Of a stretch of DNA of 64,000 nucleotides, positions 35,233 to 46,691 are shown in pieces. Each line of letters begins with the position of its first letter. The stretch's first letter is position 1. The position numbers and the translations under genes are program-made. The DNA is taken from the NCBI GenBank assembly GCA_025456145.1, contig JALOLD010000005.1, positions 94,486-158,485 of the forward strand, given 5' to 3'. The DNA comes from Thermoanaerobaculales bacterium (lineage in GTDB: Bacteria > Acidobacteriota > Thermoanaerobaculia > Thermoanaerobaculales > Sulfomarinibacteraceae). A model generated the notes under the pieces. That model was not told the DNA's origin and did no database searches. It was given only the letters and a program-made list of their open reading frames with translations.

Positions 35233-35687
35233 CCGAGGAGCGCCGGGTCATCGCCCAGAACCGGCGGGCGAGACACCTCTACACCTTCCTCGAGCACGAG
35301 GTGGCGGGGATCGAGCTCGTCGGGACGGAGGTCAAGGCGATCCGGGCCGGTCGGGTCAACCTGACCGACGCCCACGTCCAGTTCATCGCCGGCGAGGCGG
35401 TCCTCGTCGGGTGCCACATCGGTCCTTATGAGCACGGCGGCTACTCGAGCCACGAGCCCCGGCGCAACCGGCGGCTGCTGCTCCACCGCCGGGAGATCGA
35501 ACGCCTCGCCTCGAAGGTCCAGGAGAAGGGGCTGACCGTGGTGCCGACCGCGGTCGTGCTGGTCGGCAACTGGATCAAGATCGAGATCGCCCTGGCCCGC
35601 GGCAAGCAGCTGCACGACAAGCGCGAAACCCTGCGTCGCCGGACCCTCGACCGTGAGGCCGAGCAGGCGCTCAAGGACGACCGGTAG
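35229..35687 (+). CDS. smpB: SsrA-binding protein SmpB
   Basis: [39 protein letters not shown]...LLLHRREI...KRETLRRR. It has an ATGA overlap with the HD-GYP gene stop. Confidence 0.95.
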   Translation: MTEERRVIAQNRRARHLYTFLEHEVAGIELVGTEVKAIRAGRVNLTDAHVQFIAGEAVLVGCHIGPYEHGGYSSHEPRRNRRLLLHRREIERLASKVQEKGLTVVPTAVVLVGNWIKIEIALARGKQLHDKRETLRRRTLDREAEQALKDDR

Positions 35688-35845
35688 AGAGCGCGCCGGG
35701 CTCGGGTATAATCCCGACGTAAAAAACCGACCGCGCACCCCCGCCGATCGGGAACGGCGGGGTCGACGCGGCTGTTCCTCCGGGAGTCCGGAGCAGCGAG
35801 GGCTGGAATGAGAGCGACCGACGACCGCGCCGAAGCGGGTTTCTG

Positions 35846-38656
<2,811 letters not shown>

Positions 38657-38662
<6 letters not shown>

Positions 38663-38998
38663 CCGGTCTCTGCGAGACCTGGGCTTGAGGGTGTGGCCGG
38701 TCCCTGCGGGACCTGGGCTTGAGGGCGTGGCCGGTCCCTGCGGGACCTGGGCGTGAGGACGTGACCGGTCCCTGCGGGACCTGGTCGTGAGGGCGTGGCC
38801 GGTCCCTGCGGGACCTGGTCGTGAGGGTGTGACCGGTCGATGCCCACCTGCTCAAGGCCCCACGCTCAGGCGCCGAAGGCGCCGGCCAAGCCCAGGCGTC
38901 GAAGACGCCGGCCACGTCCAGGCGCCAACGGCGCCGGCGACCCCCAGGCGTCGAAGACGCCGGCCACCCCCAGGCGCCTCAGGCGCCGGCCACGCCCT
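38657..38998. repeat. composite array of about 10 GC-rich hairpin units (REP/BIME-like), copy 1
   Basis: There are five tandem 34-nt units (starts 38657, 38691, 38725, 38759, 38793) with CCGG-N4-TGC-N4'-CCTGG hairpins. A unique core follows at 38829-38866. Five 26-nt inverted-orientation units follow (CAGGCG at 38867, 38893, 38919, 38945, 38971). The array fills the uvrA/fabL convergent gap. Confidence 0.85.
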
Positions 38999-39757
38999 CT
39001 AGGCGAGGATCGAGTAGCCCCCATCGACGATGATCGTCTGGCCGTGGATCATCGAGGCGTACTCGGTGCAGAGATAGATCACCGTGTTGGCCACGTCCTG
39101 CGGGGTGAGCAGGCGGCCGGCCGGGGTCCTTCGCCGGGCCGCTTCGAGCAGGTCCTCGCGGTTGGGAAAGTGGAGCAGGGCGTCGGTGTCGACGGTGCCG
39201 GCCGACACCGCGTTGATCCGCAGGCCTTCGGGCGCGAGCTCGGCGGCGAGGTGGCGGACCATCGACTCGAGCGCCGCCTTCGAGGCGCCGACCGCGGTGT
39301 AGTTGGGGATCGCGCGGACCGCTCCCAGCGAGGACACCGCGACGAGGGACTTTTCGCCCTTCGACTCGAGCCCGAGAAAGGACTGGGTGATCGGCAGCAG
39401 CGCCGCGGCGTTGATGTGCATCGCCCAGTCGAAGTGATGGACCGTGAGCTCCTTGGCCGACTTGAGGACGCCGGATGCGGCGTTGGAGACGACGATCTCC
39501 AGACCGCCCCAGCTCCGATCGATGGTGTCGAAGATCTGAGCGACGTGCTCGGCGTTGGCGACGTTGCCCTTGACGAGCAGCGAGCGGACGCCGCGGCCGG
39601 AGATCTCTCGGACCGTCTCCTCGGCCCGCTGCCGGCCGCGCAGGTAGTTGATCGCCACGTCGACGCCGAAGTCCGCGAGGGAGAGCGCGATCGCCCGGCC
39701 GATGCCGCGCGACGAGCCGGTGACCAGGGCCCGCTTGCCGCGGAGTCTGAGATCCAT
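38999..39757 (-). CDS. fabL: enoyl-[acyl-carrier-protein] reductase, FabL-type SDR
   Basis: From ATG 39757 after GGAGGTGAG: MDLRLRGKRALVTGSSRGIGRAIA...YTAVGASKAALE...DTDALLHFPNREDLLEAARRRTPAGR. It is close along its whole length to Bacillus FabL as I remember it. Confidence 0.85.
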   Translation of the reverse strand: MDLRLRGKRALVTGSSRGIGRAIALSLADFGVDVAINYLRGRQRAEETVREISGRGVRSLLVKGNVANAEHVAQIFDTIDRSWGGLEIVVSNAASGVLKSAKELTVHHFDWAMHINAAALLPITQSFLGLESKGEKSLVAVSSLGAVRAIPNYTAVGASKAALESMVRHLAAELAPEGLRINAVSAGTVDTDALLHFPNREDLLEAARRRTPAGRLLTPQDVANTVIYLCTEYASMIHGQTIIVDGGYSILA

Positions 39758-39838
39758 ACTCACCTCCGCGGCCAACGCTAGCGCGCTCGGGGGGTGAACG
39801 CAAGGCGGCGCAAACCCCGGTGCGACCTCGCTTCGCCC

Positions 39839-39870
39839 TTGACAGCTCGGGTGATCGCATCCAATATATG
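39839..39870 (+). promoter_or_regulatory. candidate sigma70 promoter for the HU gene
   Basis: Perfect -35 TTGACA (39839-39844), about 18 nt, then AATATA/TATATG (39863-39870). GGAGG lies 6 nt before the ATG at 39896. Confidence 0.5.
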
Positions 39871-39895
39871 GACACACTCGCGTTCGGAGGTTTGC

Positions 39896-40189
39896 ATGAA
39901 TAAGACCGAGATGGCCCTGAAGCTTGCGAAGAAGACCGGCCTGAGCCAGGGGAAGGCTGCGGAAATCGTCGACGTGATGTTCTCCGCTCAGCCCCGGAAG
40001 GGGATCATCGCCACCGCGCTCGACGCGGGTGAGAAGGTGACCATCCCCGGCTTCGGGACCTTTGCCACCAAGAGCCGCGGCGAGCGCCAGGGCCGCAACC
40101 CGGCGACCGGTGAGAACATCACCATCAAGGCCAAGAAGTACGTCCACTTCAAGCCCGGCAAGACCCTTCGCGAGCGCGTCGAGCTCTAG
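39896..40189 (+). CDS. hup: HU-family DNA-binding protein
   Basis: 97 aa: MNKTEMALKLAKKTGLSQGKAAEIVDVMF...IPGFGTFATKSRGERQGRNPATGENITIKAKKYVHFKPG. Confidence 0.9.
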   Translation: MNKTEMALKLAKKTGLSQGKAAEIVDVMFSAQPRKGIIATALDAGEKVTIPGFGTFATKSRGERQGRNPATGENITIKAKKYVHFKPGKTLRERVEL

Positions 40190-40258
40190 GCCTCGACCGT
40201 TCGACCGGCGGGCGCTCGCGGAGTCCGAACGCGCCGCCGAGCGTCAGGTGACGACCGA

Positions 40259-40290
40259 CGAGACCGAGCTCATCGCTCGGTCTCGCTTTT
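40259..40290. terminator. intrinsic terminator (HU), shared with the convergent gene
   Basis: Stem CGAGACCGAGC, loop TCATC, stem GCTCGGTCTCG, followed by CTTTTA. The stem is 11 bp. It overlaps the stop of the reverse-strand gene at 40289. Confidence 0.7.
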
Positions 40291-42280
40291 ACTGCTCGGT
40301 GAAGTCGTACCGCCAGGTGACGAAGGCGTAGGTGGTGACCGGGACGCCGTCCTTGGTGCCCGGCTTGTAGCGGTAGCCCGCAGCAGCGGCGAGCGCCGCC
40401 TCGGGGATCCCCCAACCGGTGTGGTCGGCGCGCAGCACCTCGACGTCGTCGACCCCGCCCGATGCGTTGACGGTGAGCTTGACGACCACGACCCCCTTGC
40501 CCTTGGACCGCGCGGCGTTTCTCGGCCACTCGAGGGCCTGGCTCTTGACGACCACCGGCGGCGTGTCGACCTCCTCGGGCGCGACGAGCTCGCCGGCCTT
40601 GACGGTGCGCGCCGCGGCGGCAGCCGTGGTCGGCTTGGCCGGCGGCTGGGTGGGCGGGGCGGCGACGGTGGCGGTGGGCAGTGCCGCCGATGTCGGGCTT
40701 GAGGCCGGCTCGCCCGACTCGGCCGGTGCGGGCGAGGGCACGCTCGGCGAGGCGTCCGCGACGAGGGCGCCGGCCCCCTCGCGACGCTCGGTCTCAAGGG
40801 CCTCCTGCTGCGCCCGCTGCGCCTCCTCCTGCTCCTGGAGCTCGCGCAGCAGCGCCTGCTGGGTCGCGGCCTCGTCGGCCGCCGCGGTGGAGCTCTTCGC
40901 GGCGCGCCGTTCGCTCTGTTGGAGCCGGCGCTGGAGCTCTTCGATCCGGGCTTGGCGCGCCGAGAGCTCCTGGCGGATCTCCTCCTCGCGCTGGGCCATC
41001 ATCTCCTGCACCATCTCCTGGGTCATCGTGCGCAGCCGGTCCTCCTGGGCCTGCCGGGCGGCGGCGATCTCCTCGGGGGTCGGCGGGAGCTCCTTGGGCT
41101 GGCTCGTCGCCCACCAGAACCAGGCCAGCGCCGCCGCGGCCCCGACCACCACCGCACCCCCGACCGCAGCCCACAGCCCGACCCTTCGTCGCGACGGAGC
41201 CGACGGCTCGACCGCCTCGGGTCTCGGCCCGACCGCCGAGGGGGGACCGTCGGTCGTGACCCCTCGGTCCGCCACGGTCGCGGCGCTCTCCGGCTCGACC
41301 GCAGCGACCGTGTAGTCCGCCGGGTCGGCCTTGAGCTCGCGCGGGCGCTCGAGCTCCTCGGCCTCGATCTCGGCGCGGAACAGCCGGTCCATGAAGAGGG
41401 CGAGGTTGAAGGTGGTCGGCGAGTAGGCGCCGCCGTAGAGCAGGCGGTCGAGCTCGGTCCGCAATGCCGCTGCGGACGGGTACCGGCCGGCCGGCGACAT
41501 CGCCAGGGCGCGGCCGAGCACCGCCTTGATGTCGCCCGGCAGGGGCTCGCCGTCCCAGGCCATGAAGGCGCCCGCGAGGGCCGCCTCGCGCTCGCCGGGG
41601 GTGGCGGGAAGGGCCGTCCCGGTGAGCAGGTGGAACAGAACGGCGCCGACCGAGTAGACGTCGCCGCGCAGCGAAGCGCCGCCGCCGGCGAGCACCTCGG
41701 GGGCGAGGTAGGCTCGCGCACCGGGCGCCGCGTCGGGAACCCCGAGCGCCCCGAGGAGGGCCTCTCCGAGACCGAAGCCGAAGACCGTCGCGTCGCCGTC
41801 GTAGCTCAGACAGATCAGCCCCGGGTGGAGGAAGCCGTGGGCCAGCGGCCGGCCGCCGATCTGGACCGCCTCGCCGGCCGACAGCCCGAGGGCGAGCTTC
41901 TCGGCGATCAGCAGACAGTTGTCGGGCTGGAGCGGGAAGGCCTCGTCGCGCGCTCGCTGGAGCACGTGGTTGAGCGGCTGCCCGGCGACGAAGCCGCCAC
42001 CGATCGCCGACACCCCGTCGGCCTCGAGGAAGAACGGTCCGGTCGGGACCTGGGACCCGCTCAGCAGCGCGCCGATCTCCCGCGCCCGGGCGAGCGCCGA
42101 GGCGATCGCCACGCGGGGCAGCCCCGCCCCGTCGAGGAGCCGGAGCCAAACGGTTCGGTCGACCGCGCCGTCGACGATCGCACCCGCGCGGAAAAGTCGT
42201 CCGAGGTCGTCCGCCACGACCTCCTTGAACAGCAGGTACGAGCCGAAGACGGCGTACGTTTGAGCCACGGGTCCCCCCAC
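40289..42280 (-). CDS. pseudokinase (degenerate Ser/Thr kinase fold) - TM - coiled coil - TonB C-terminal domain protein
   Basis: 663 aa. The N-terminal ~290 aa align by eye with Hanks kinases (YLAPEVL, DVYSVGAVLFHLLTG, RALAMSPAGRYPSAAAL). HRD is replaced by HGF, DFG by GFG, and there is no VAIK lysine. One TM is followed by the coiled coil ARQAQEDRLRTMTQEM...; the TonB_C-like end is VVVVKLTVNASGGVDDVEVL...AAAAGYRYKPGTKDGVPV. Confidence 0.8.
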   Translation of the reverse strand: MGGPVAQTYAVFGSYLLFKEVVADDLGRLFRAGAIVDGAVDRTVWLRLLDGAGLPRVAIASALARAREIGALLSGSQVPTGPFFLEADGVSAIGGGFVAGQPLNHVLQRARDEAFPLQPDNCLLIAEKLALGLSAGEAVQIGGRPLAHGFLHPGLICLSYDGDATVFGFGLGEALLGALGVPDAAPGARAYLAPEVLAGGGASLRGDVYSVGAVLFHLLTGTALPATPGEREAALAGAFMAWDGEPLPGDIKAVLGRALAMSPAGRYPSAAALRTELDRLLYGGAYSPTTFNLALFMDRLFRAEIEAEELERPRELKADPADYTVAAVEPESAATVADRGVTTDGPPSAVGPRPEAVEPSAPSRRRVGLWAAVGGAVVVGAAAALAWFWWATSQPKELPPTPEEIAAARQAQEDRLRTMTQEMVQEMMAQREEEIRQELSARQARIEELQRRLQQSERRAAKSSTAAADEAATQQALLRELQEQEEAQRAQQEALETERREGAGALVADASPSVPSPAPAESGEPASSPTSAALPTATVAAPPTQPPAKPTTAAAAARTVKAGELVAPEEVDTPPVVVKSQALEWPRNAARSKGKGVVVVKLTVNASGGVDDVEVLRADHTGWGIPEAALAAAAGYRYKPGTKDGVPVTTYAFVTWRYDFTEQ

Positions 42281-42310
42281 TCGCCAGCCTACACCGGGGT
42301 CGGTCGAGGG

Positions 42311-43315
42311 TCAACGACGCGAGCTTCGCCAGCGGGCGACGGCGCGATTGTGCTCGGCGAGCGTCCTCGAAAAGGTGTGGCCGCCATCGGGAGAGGCGAC
42401 GAAGAAGAGCAGGTCGTGCGGCTCGGGGGCCAGCGCCGCCCGGATCGACGCCCCGCCCGGCGAGTTGATCGGACCAGGGGGGAGCCCCGAGTACCGGTAG
42501 GTGTTGTACGGGTCGTCGACCTCGAGATCGTCCCGGAGCAGCTGCCCGTCCCACTCGCCCCGGCGCTTGAGCGAGAAGACGACCGTCGGGTCGCACTGCA
42601 GCAGCATCCCCCGGCGCAGCCGGTTGAGGTAGACCCCGGCGACCCGGGCCCGCTCGGCGGGGAGAGCGGTCTCGGCCTCGACCAGCGAGGCGAGGACGAT
42701 CGTCTCGAATGGCGTCCCCCAGGGCTCGGCGACCGGAGCCCGCTCCCGCTCCCACACCGAGCGGAAGGTGTCGACAAGGTGCCGCGCGGCCGCCTCGGTG
42801 TCGGTGCCGACCGCGAACTGGTAGGTGTCCGGGTAGAGGAAGCCCTCGAGCGAGGTCGCCTCGGGCGCGAGGTCCGAGATCCACTCGACGCGTCCCGTGG
42901 CAGCCCGCCACGCGCCCTCGTCGCCGATCCCGGACGCGATCATCTGGCGGGCGACCGCGACGGCGTCCGAGCCCTCGAGCACGGTCACGGTCACCAGCTC
43001 GACCCGTCCGGCGAGCAGCTGCTCGATGACCTCGACCGGGCGAGAGCGCGCCGCGATGCGGTAGTGGCCCCAGCGCGGGCTGCGTCCGTCGGCCGCCACC
43101 CGGAGGTAGAGCCTTCCGGCGAGCGGCGACGGCAGCAGCCCGCGCTCGTGCAGCAGCTCGAGCACGTCGCGCCCCGACAGCCCGGCCGGGACGACCAGCT
43201 CGACCTCGCCGACCTCGCTCGGTCGCAGCAGCGTGGCCCACAGCCAGCCCAGGGCGGCCGATCCGGCGACCACCACGAGCAACAGGGCGAGACCCAGGAC
43301 CGCTGCGGTCCTCAC
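42311..43315 (-). CDS. mltG: endolytic murein transglycosylase MltG (YceG)
   Basis: 334 aa with a GTG start and N-terminal TM. ASLVEAE and YNTYRYSGLPPGPINSPG motifs are present. It has a GTGA overlap with the ruvX stop. Confidence 0.9.
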   Translation of the reverse strand: MRTAAVLGLALLLVVVAGSAALGWLWATLLRPSEVGEVELVVPAGLSGRDVLELLHERGLLPSPLAGRLYLRVAADGRSPRWGHYRIAARSRPVEVIEQLLAGRVELVTVTVLEGSDAVAVARQMIASGIGDEGAWRAATGRVEWISDLAPEATSLEGFLYPDTYQFAVGTDTEAAARHLVDTFRSVWERERAPVAEPWGTPFETIVLASLVEAETALPAERARVAGVYLNRLRRGMLLQCDPTVVFSLKRRGEWDGQLLRDDLEVDDPYNTYRYSGLPPGPINSPGGASIRAALAPEPHDLLFFVASPDGGHTFSRTLAEHNRAVARWRSSRR

Positions 43316-43737
43316 TTTGCACCGCCCTTCCCGCCATCGACGCCGAGCCGGGCGAGAGCCTCCTCGACGATCACTTGGGCCGCGAGATCGTCGACCGGAT
43401 CGCCCGCCCGGCGCCCCGCCGCCCGGGCCCGCCGGCGCGCCTCATCGGTCGTCAGGTGCTCTCCCTGGAGGATCGCGTCGAGACCGCGCGAGGCCACCGC
43501 GTCGCGCAGCCGGCGCGACCGGGCACAGGCCGGCGTCTCGTCGCCGTCGGCGTCGGTCGGAAGGCCGATGACCGCGAGGGTGGCCCGGTGCTCGGCGGCG
43601 GCGGCGGCGATCGCGGTCGCGGCCCCCTCGACGCCGGGGTAGGGGATCACCGCGAGCGGGCTCGCGACCCCGGTGACGGTGTCACCGATCGCCAGACCCA
43701 TCCGCGACCCACCGGGATCGATGCCGAGCACCCGCAT
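43312..43737 (-). CDS. ruvX: Holliday junction resolvase-like RuvX (YqgF)
   Basis: From ATG 43737: MRVLGIDPGGSRMGLAIGD... (141 aa). The upstream part of track ORF 43312..44091 is an extension. Confidence 0.9.
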   Translation of the reverse strand: MRVLGIDPGGSRMGLAIGDTVTGVASPLAVIPYPGVEGAATAIAAAAAEHRATLAVIGLPTDADGDETPACARSRRLRDAVASRGLDAILQGEHLTTDEARRRARAAGRRAGDPVDDLAAQVIVEEALARLGVDGGKGGAK

Positions 43738-43743
43738 GGGCCC

Positions 43744-43766
43744 ATTGTACGGGCACCCTTTACAAT
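43744..43766. promoter_or_regulatory. palindromic pair of divergent -10-like hexamers (ruvX / lptD)
   Basis: CCATTGTA (43742-43749), 11 nt, then TACAATGG (43761-43768). Each strand therefore reads TACAAT. The reverse-strand TACAAT ends 6 nt before the ruvX ATG, and no SD is visible. Confidence 0.35.
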
Positions 43767-43823
43767 GGCCCGGGCACGGCTGCGAGGCCGGCCACCGGTC
43801 CCGACGCGGGCGGAGAGGAGAGC

Positions 43824-46247
43824 GTGGGCAGGCAAGCGATGTGTCAGCGCCGGACGGTCTCGACGCCGCTGGGCGATCGGCGGGGCAGCCGGCCGGGTGG
43901 CGGGCGGTCGGCGGCCCGGCGAGGCTCGAGCCTGGGGATCGCGCTGGCGCTCGCCCTGGGCCTTCTCGGCGCCGCCCCGGCGGCACCCCAGAGCGGGCCG
44001 GCCGGGACCGCGACCGTCCAGGACGAGCCGACCGGTGAGGAGCCGGCCCAGCCCGCGCCGCCCCCGGCGGCGCCGAACCGGTCCTCGACACCGACCTCGC
44101 CGCCGGCGAGCTCCGACGGGGCGGCTGCCGCCGGCGACGGGAGGGTGGTGCTCAAGGCCGACCTCTCCGAGTGCGAGCAGGGCCAAGAGGTCTGCCTGTT
44201 CACCGGCAACGTCAAGGTCTTTTACCAGGATGTCGCCCTGGCCTGCGACGAGATGCTCTACAACAACCGGACCAAGGACCTCGTCGCCAAGGGCTCGGTG
44301 GTGGTCGACCAGGGCCCGAGCCGCTTCACCGCCGGCGAGCTCCACTACAACCTGGCGACCAAGACCGGGCTGTTCCTCGACGCCACCGGCTTCGTCGCGC
44401 CGATGTACACCTTCTCCGGCGAGTCGATCGAGAAGCTCGACGAGACCCACTACCGGATCGACCGCGCGGTGTTCACGACCTGCGAGGACGACACCGCCCA
44501 CCCCCCCTGGTCCTTCCACCTCAAGAAGGCGCACCTCGAGGTCGAGGGCTTCGGCAGGTTCACCTCGACCGCGATCAAGATCCAGGGCGTGCCGGTGTTC
44601 TACCTGCCCTACATCGTCTGGCCGATCAAGCGCGAGCGCTCGCCCGGCCTGCTCATGCCGAGCTTCGGCTACTCCGACCGGTTCGGCGGCTATCTCGGTC
44701 TGCCGGTCTACTTCCCGCTCGGCCGGAGCTGGGACACGACCTTTGTCTTCGAGTACTTCTCGGAGGGCTTCTACGGCATCGGCAACGAGCTGCGCTGGGC
44801 GCCCGTGGCCGACTCCGCCGGGCTGCTCGACCTGTACTCGATCTACGACAAGGCCAACGCCGAGTGGCAGTGGCGGGTCAACGGTCGCCACGACCAGGCC
44901 GACGTCCTCGGCTTCCGCCTCCAGGCCCAGCTCGAGAACGTGTCCGACCCCGACTTCTTCCAGGACTTCGACCGCAGCTTCGAGGCCAACACCCGGCGCG
45001 ACGTCTACACCTACCTCTACCTGACGAAGAGCCGCGGTCCCTACTCGCTCAACCTCAGCGCCGACCACCGTCGGACCTTCTTCACCTTCAACGACCCCGA
45101 CCTCCCGGCGGGCGACCCCGACAAGACCAGCACCTACGACACGGCCCTCGCGCGGCTCCCCGAGGCCGAGCTCCGGGTGCGGTCGACCCGGCTCGGCGGC
45201 ACCGACCTCTACTGGAACCTCGTCTCCTCGCTCAACCTCTTCTACGTCGACAAGCGGACCCCCAAGGACGAACGCGACGACACCGGGCTGGTCGGCACCT
45301 ACTGGCGCGGCGATGTCTTTCCCACCCTCAACTACACCCTTCCGGGTCCGCCATGGCTGACGGTCACCCCGCGCATCGGCGGTCGCTACACCTACTACAC
45401 CGCCCGCTACTCCTCCCCGACGACCCCGGCCACGCCGACCACCCTGATCGACGAGCCCATCGACCGCGCCTTCGTCGCCGGCGGGATCGACATCGGCGGG
45501 CCGTCGGTGTCGCGGGTCTTCACCACCCCGCGCTGGGGCTTCGCCAAGTTCAAGCACCTCATCGAGCCGCGGGTCAGCTACGCCTACCTCCAGGGCATCG
45601 GCGAGGAGACCACCCAGATTCCGATCGCCGACGAGGTCGACAGCACGCCGCTCGACAACCGGGTTCGCGTGTCCCTCGCCAACCGGCTGTTCGGCCGCTC
45701 CGAGAAGAGCCTCAGCTCGACCGAGCTCGGCTCGTTCGAGCTCATCCAGGAGTACTCGTTCTCACGGCCCCTGAGCTATGGCGAAGGCGGCGAGACGAGC
45801 GGCCTCGGACCGCTCGTCGGGGCGCTCCGCGTGACCCCGAGCCCGGGTACCGGGCTCGACGCCCGCGCCAGCTATGACCTGCTCAACGACAACCTCGCCT
45901 CGATCTCGCTCACCGGCACCGGGCGGACCGGTCTCGGCACCGCCGGGCTCACCTGGTACGCCGGGTACAACCCGATCACCGGCGACCGCGTGTCGTCCCA
46001 GGCGCGGGCCCTGCTGAGCTTCCTCAAGCCGGGCCTGCCGATCTCGGCGACCGCCCACATCGCCTACGACCTCGAGAACGGCGAGCTCCAGCAGCAGCGC
46101 TACCAGGTCGGCTGGAAGGGCAGCTGCTGGTCGGTCTCCGCCGAGTACCGCGACCTCAAGATCGGGCTCTATCCGACCCGCGACTTCCGCATCCTCATCG
46201 AGCTCAAGGGGATAGGCGGCCTGCCCGAGATCCGCGGCAGTCTCTGA
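43824..46247 (+). CDS. lptD: LPS-assembly outer-membrane protein LptD (OstA family)
   Basis: 807 aa with a signal-like LGIALALALGLLGAAPAAP and an OstA N-domain (LFTGNVKVFYQDVALACDEMLYNNRTKDLVAKGSVVV). The barrel region has IQGVPVFYLPYIVWPIKRERSPGLLMPSFGYS. The start is GTG 43824 or ATG 43839. Confidence 0.85.
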   Translation: MGRQAMCQRRTVSTPLGDRRGSRPGGGRSAARRGSSLGIALALALGLLGAAPAAPQSGPAGTATVQDEPTGEEPAQPAPPPAAPNRSSTPTSPPASSDGAAAAGDGRVVLKADLSECEQGQEVCLFTGNVKVFYQDVALACDEMLYNNRTKDLVAKGSVVVDQGPSRFTAGELHYNLATKTGLFLDATGFVAPMYTFSGESIEKLDETHYRIDRAVFTTCEDDTAHPPWSFHLKKAHLEVEGFGRFTSTAIKIQGVPVFYLPYIVWPIKRERSPGLLMPSFGYSDRFGGYLGLPVYFPLGRSWDTTFVFEYFSEGFYGIGNELRWAPVADSAGLLDLYSIYDKANAEWQWRVNGRHDQADVLGFRLQAQLENVSDPDFFQDFDRSFEANTRRDVYTYLYLTKSRGPYSLNLSADHRRTFFTFNDPDLPAGDPDKTSTYDTALARLPEAELRVRSTRLGGTDLYWNLVSSLNLFYVDKRTPKDERDDTGLVGTYWRGDVFPTLNYTLPGPPWLTVTPRIGGRYTYYTARYSSPTTPATPTTLIDEPIDRAFVAGGIDIGGPSVSRVFTTPRWGFAKFKHLIEPRVSYAYLQGIGEETTQIPIADEVDSTPLDNRVRVSLANRLFGRSEKSLSSTELGSFELIQEYSFSRPLSYGEGGETSGLGPLVGALRVTPSPGTGLDARASYDLLNDNLASISLTGTGRTGLGTAGLTWYAGYNPITGDRVSSQARALLSFLKPGLPISATAHIAYDLENGELQQQRYQVGWKGSCWSVSAEYRDLKIGLYPTRDFRILIELKGIGGLPEIRGSL

Positions 46248-46359
46248 GCCAAGGCGGCTCGTCGAACCAATTCGTCGGACGAATTGCGGTGCCGCATCGG
46301 ACGCGCCAATCGGACAGCGCCCGTTCTCCCGTGTCGGTCTCGCCCGGCGACGATGGGGT

Positions 46360-46447
46360 TGGCGGAGGGAGTGGGATTCGAACCCACGGAGACTTGCGCC
46401 TCAACGGTTTTCAAGACCGTCGCCTTCGACCGCTCGGCCATCCCTCC
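46360..46447 (-). tRNA. tRNA-Ser (anticodon UGA)
   Basis: The reverse complement GGAGGGATGGCCGAGCGGTCGAAGGCGACGGTCTTGAAAACCGTTGAGGCGCAAGTCTCCGTGGGTTCGAATCCCACTCCCTCCGCCA folds as a cloverleaf by hand. It has a long variable arm, anticodon loop CTTGAAA and encoded CCA. Confidence 0.9.
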
Positions 46448-46691
46448 GGAGCTCGTGGCGAATCGGGAGGGCTGCGACCGTACCGGCGGCGCGAGCGGCG
46501 GCCTGGATCGCGGTGCTTCGGCACCTGCTCAGGGGCGCGCGTCCCCGGGGGAGCCCGGTCCAACATCGTGCCGAGGGCCTTGCGGGGCGTGATCGCGCGG
46601 CCGGCACAATGTTGGACCCGGTACGCCCGGTGAGCAGCGGTGCTCAGGGAGAACCTCGGTCGTCGCTCCGGTTGCTGCCGCGGGCGCTCCC

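Noticed and set aside
35688-35845. tmRNA (ssrA) downstream of smpB
   Set aside because: The gap is only 158 nt, whereas tmRNA is about 350 nt. There is no tRNA-Ala-like acceptor/T-arm and no tag-reading-frame features. The region more likely holds the uvrA promoter (TATAAT at 35706-35711) and leader hairpins.
35688-35845. LexA/SOS box upstream of uvrA
   Set aside because: There is no CTGT-N8-ACAG or GAAC-N4-GTTC palindrome. The closest string, GAACGGCGGGGTC, does not fit either consensus.
40794-43642. 847-aa reverse and 907-aa forward ORFs
   Set aside because: They are alternative or antisense frames over the pseudokinase-TonB, mltG and ruvX genes, with Arg/Pro/Gly-rich translations.
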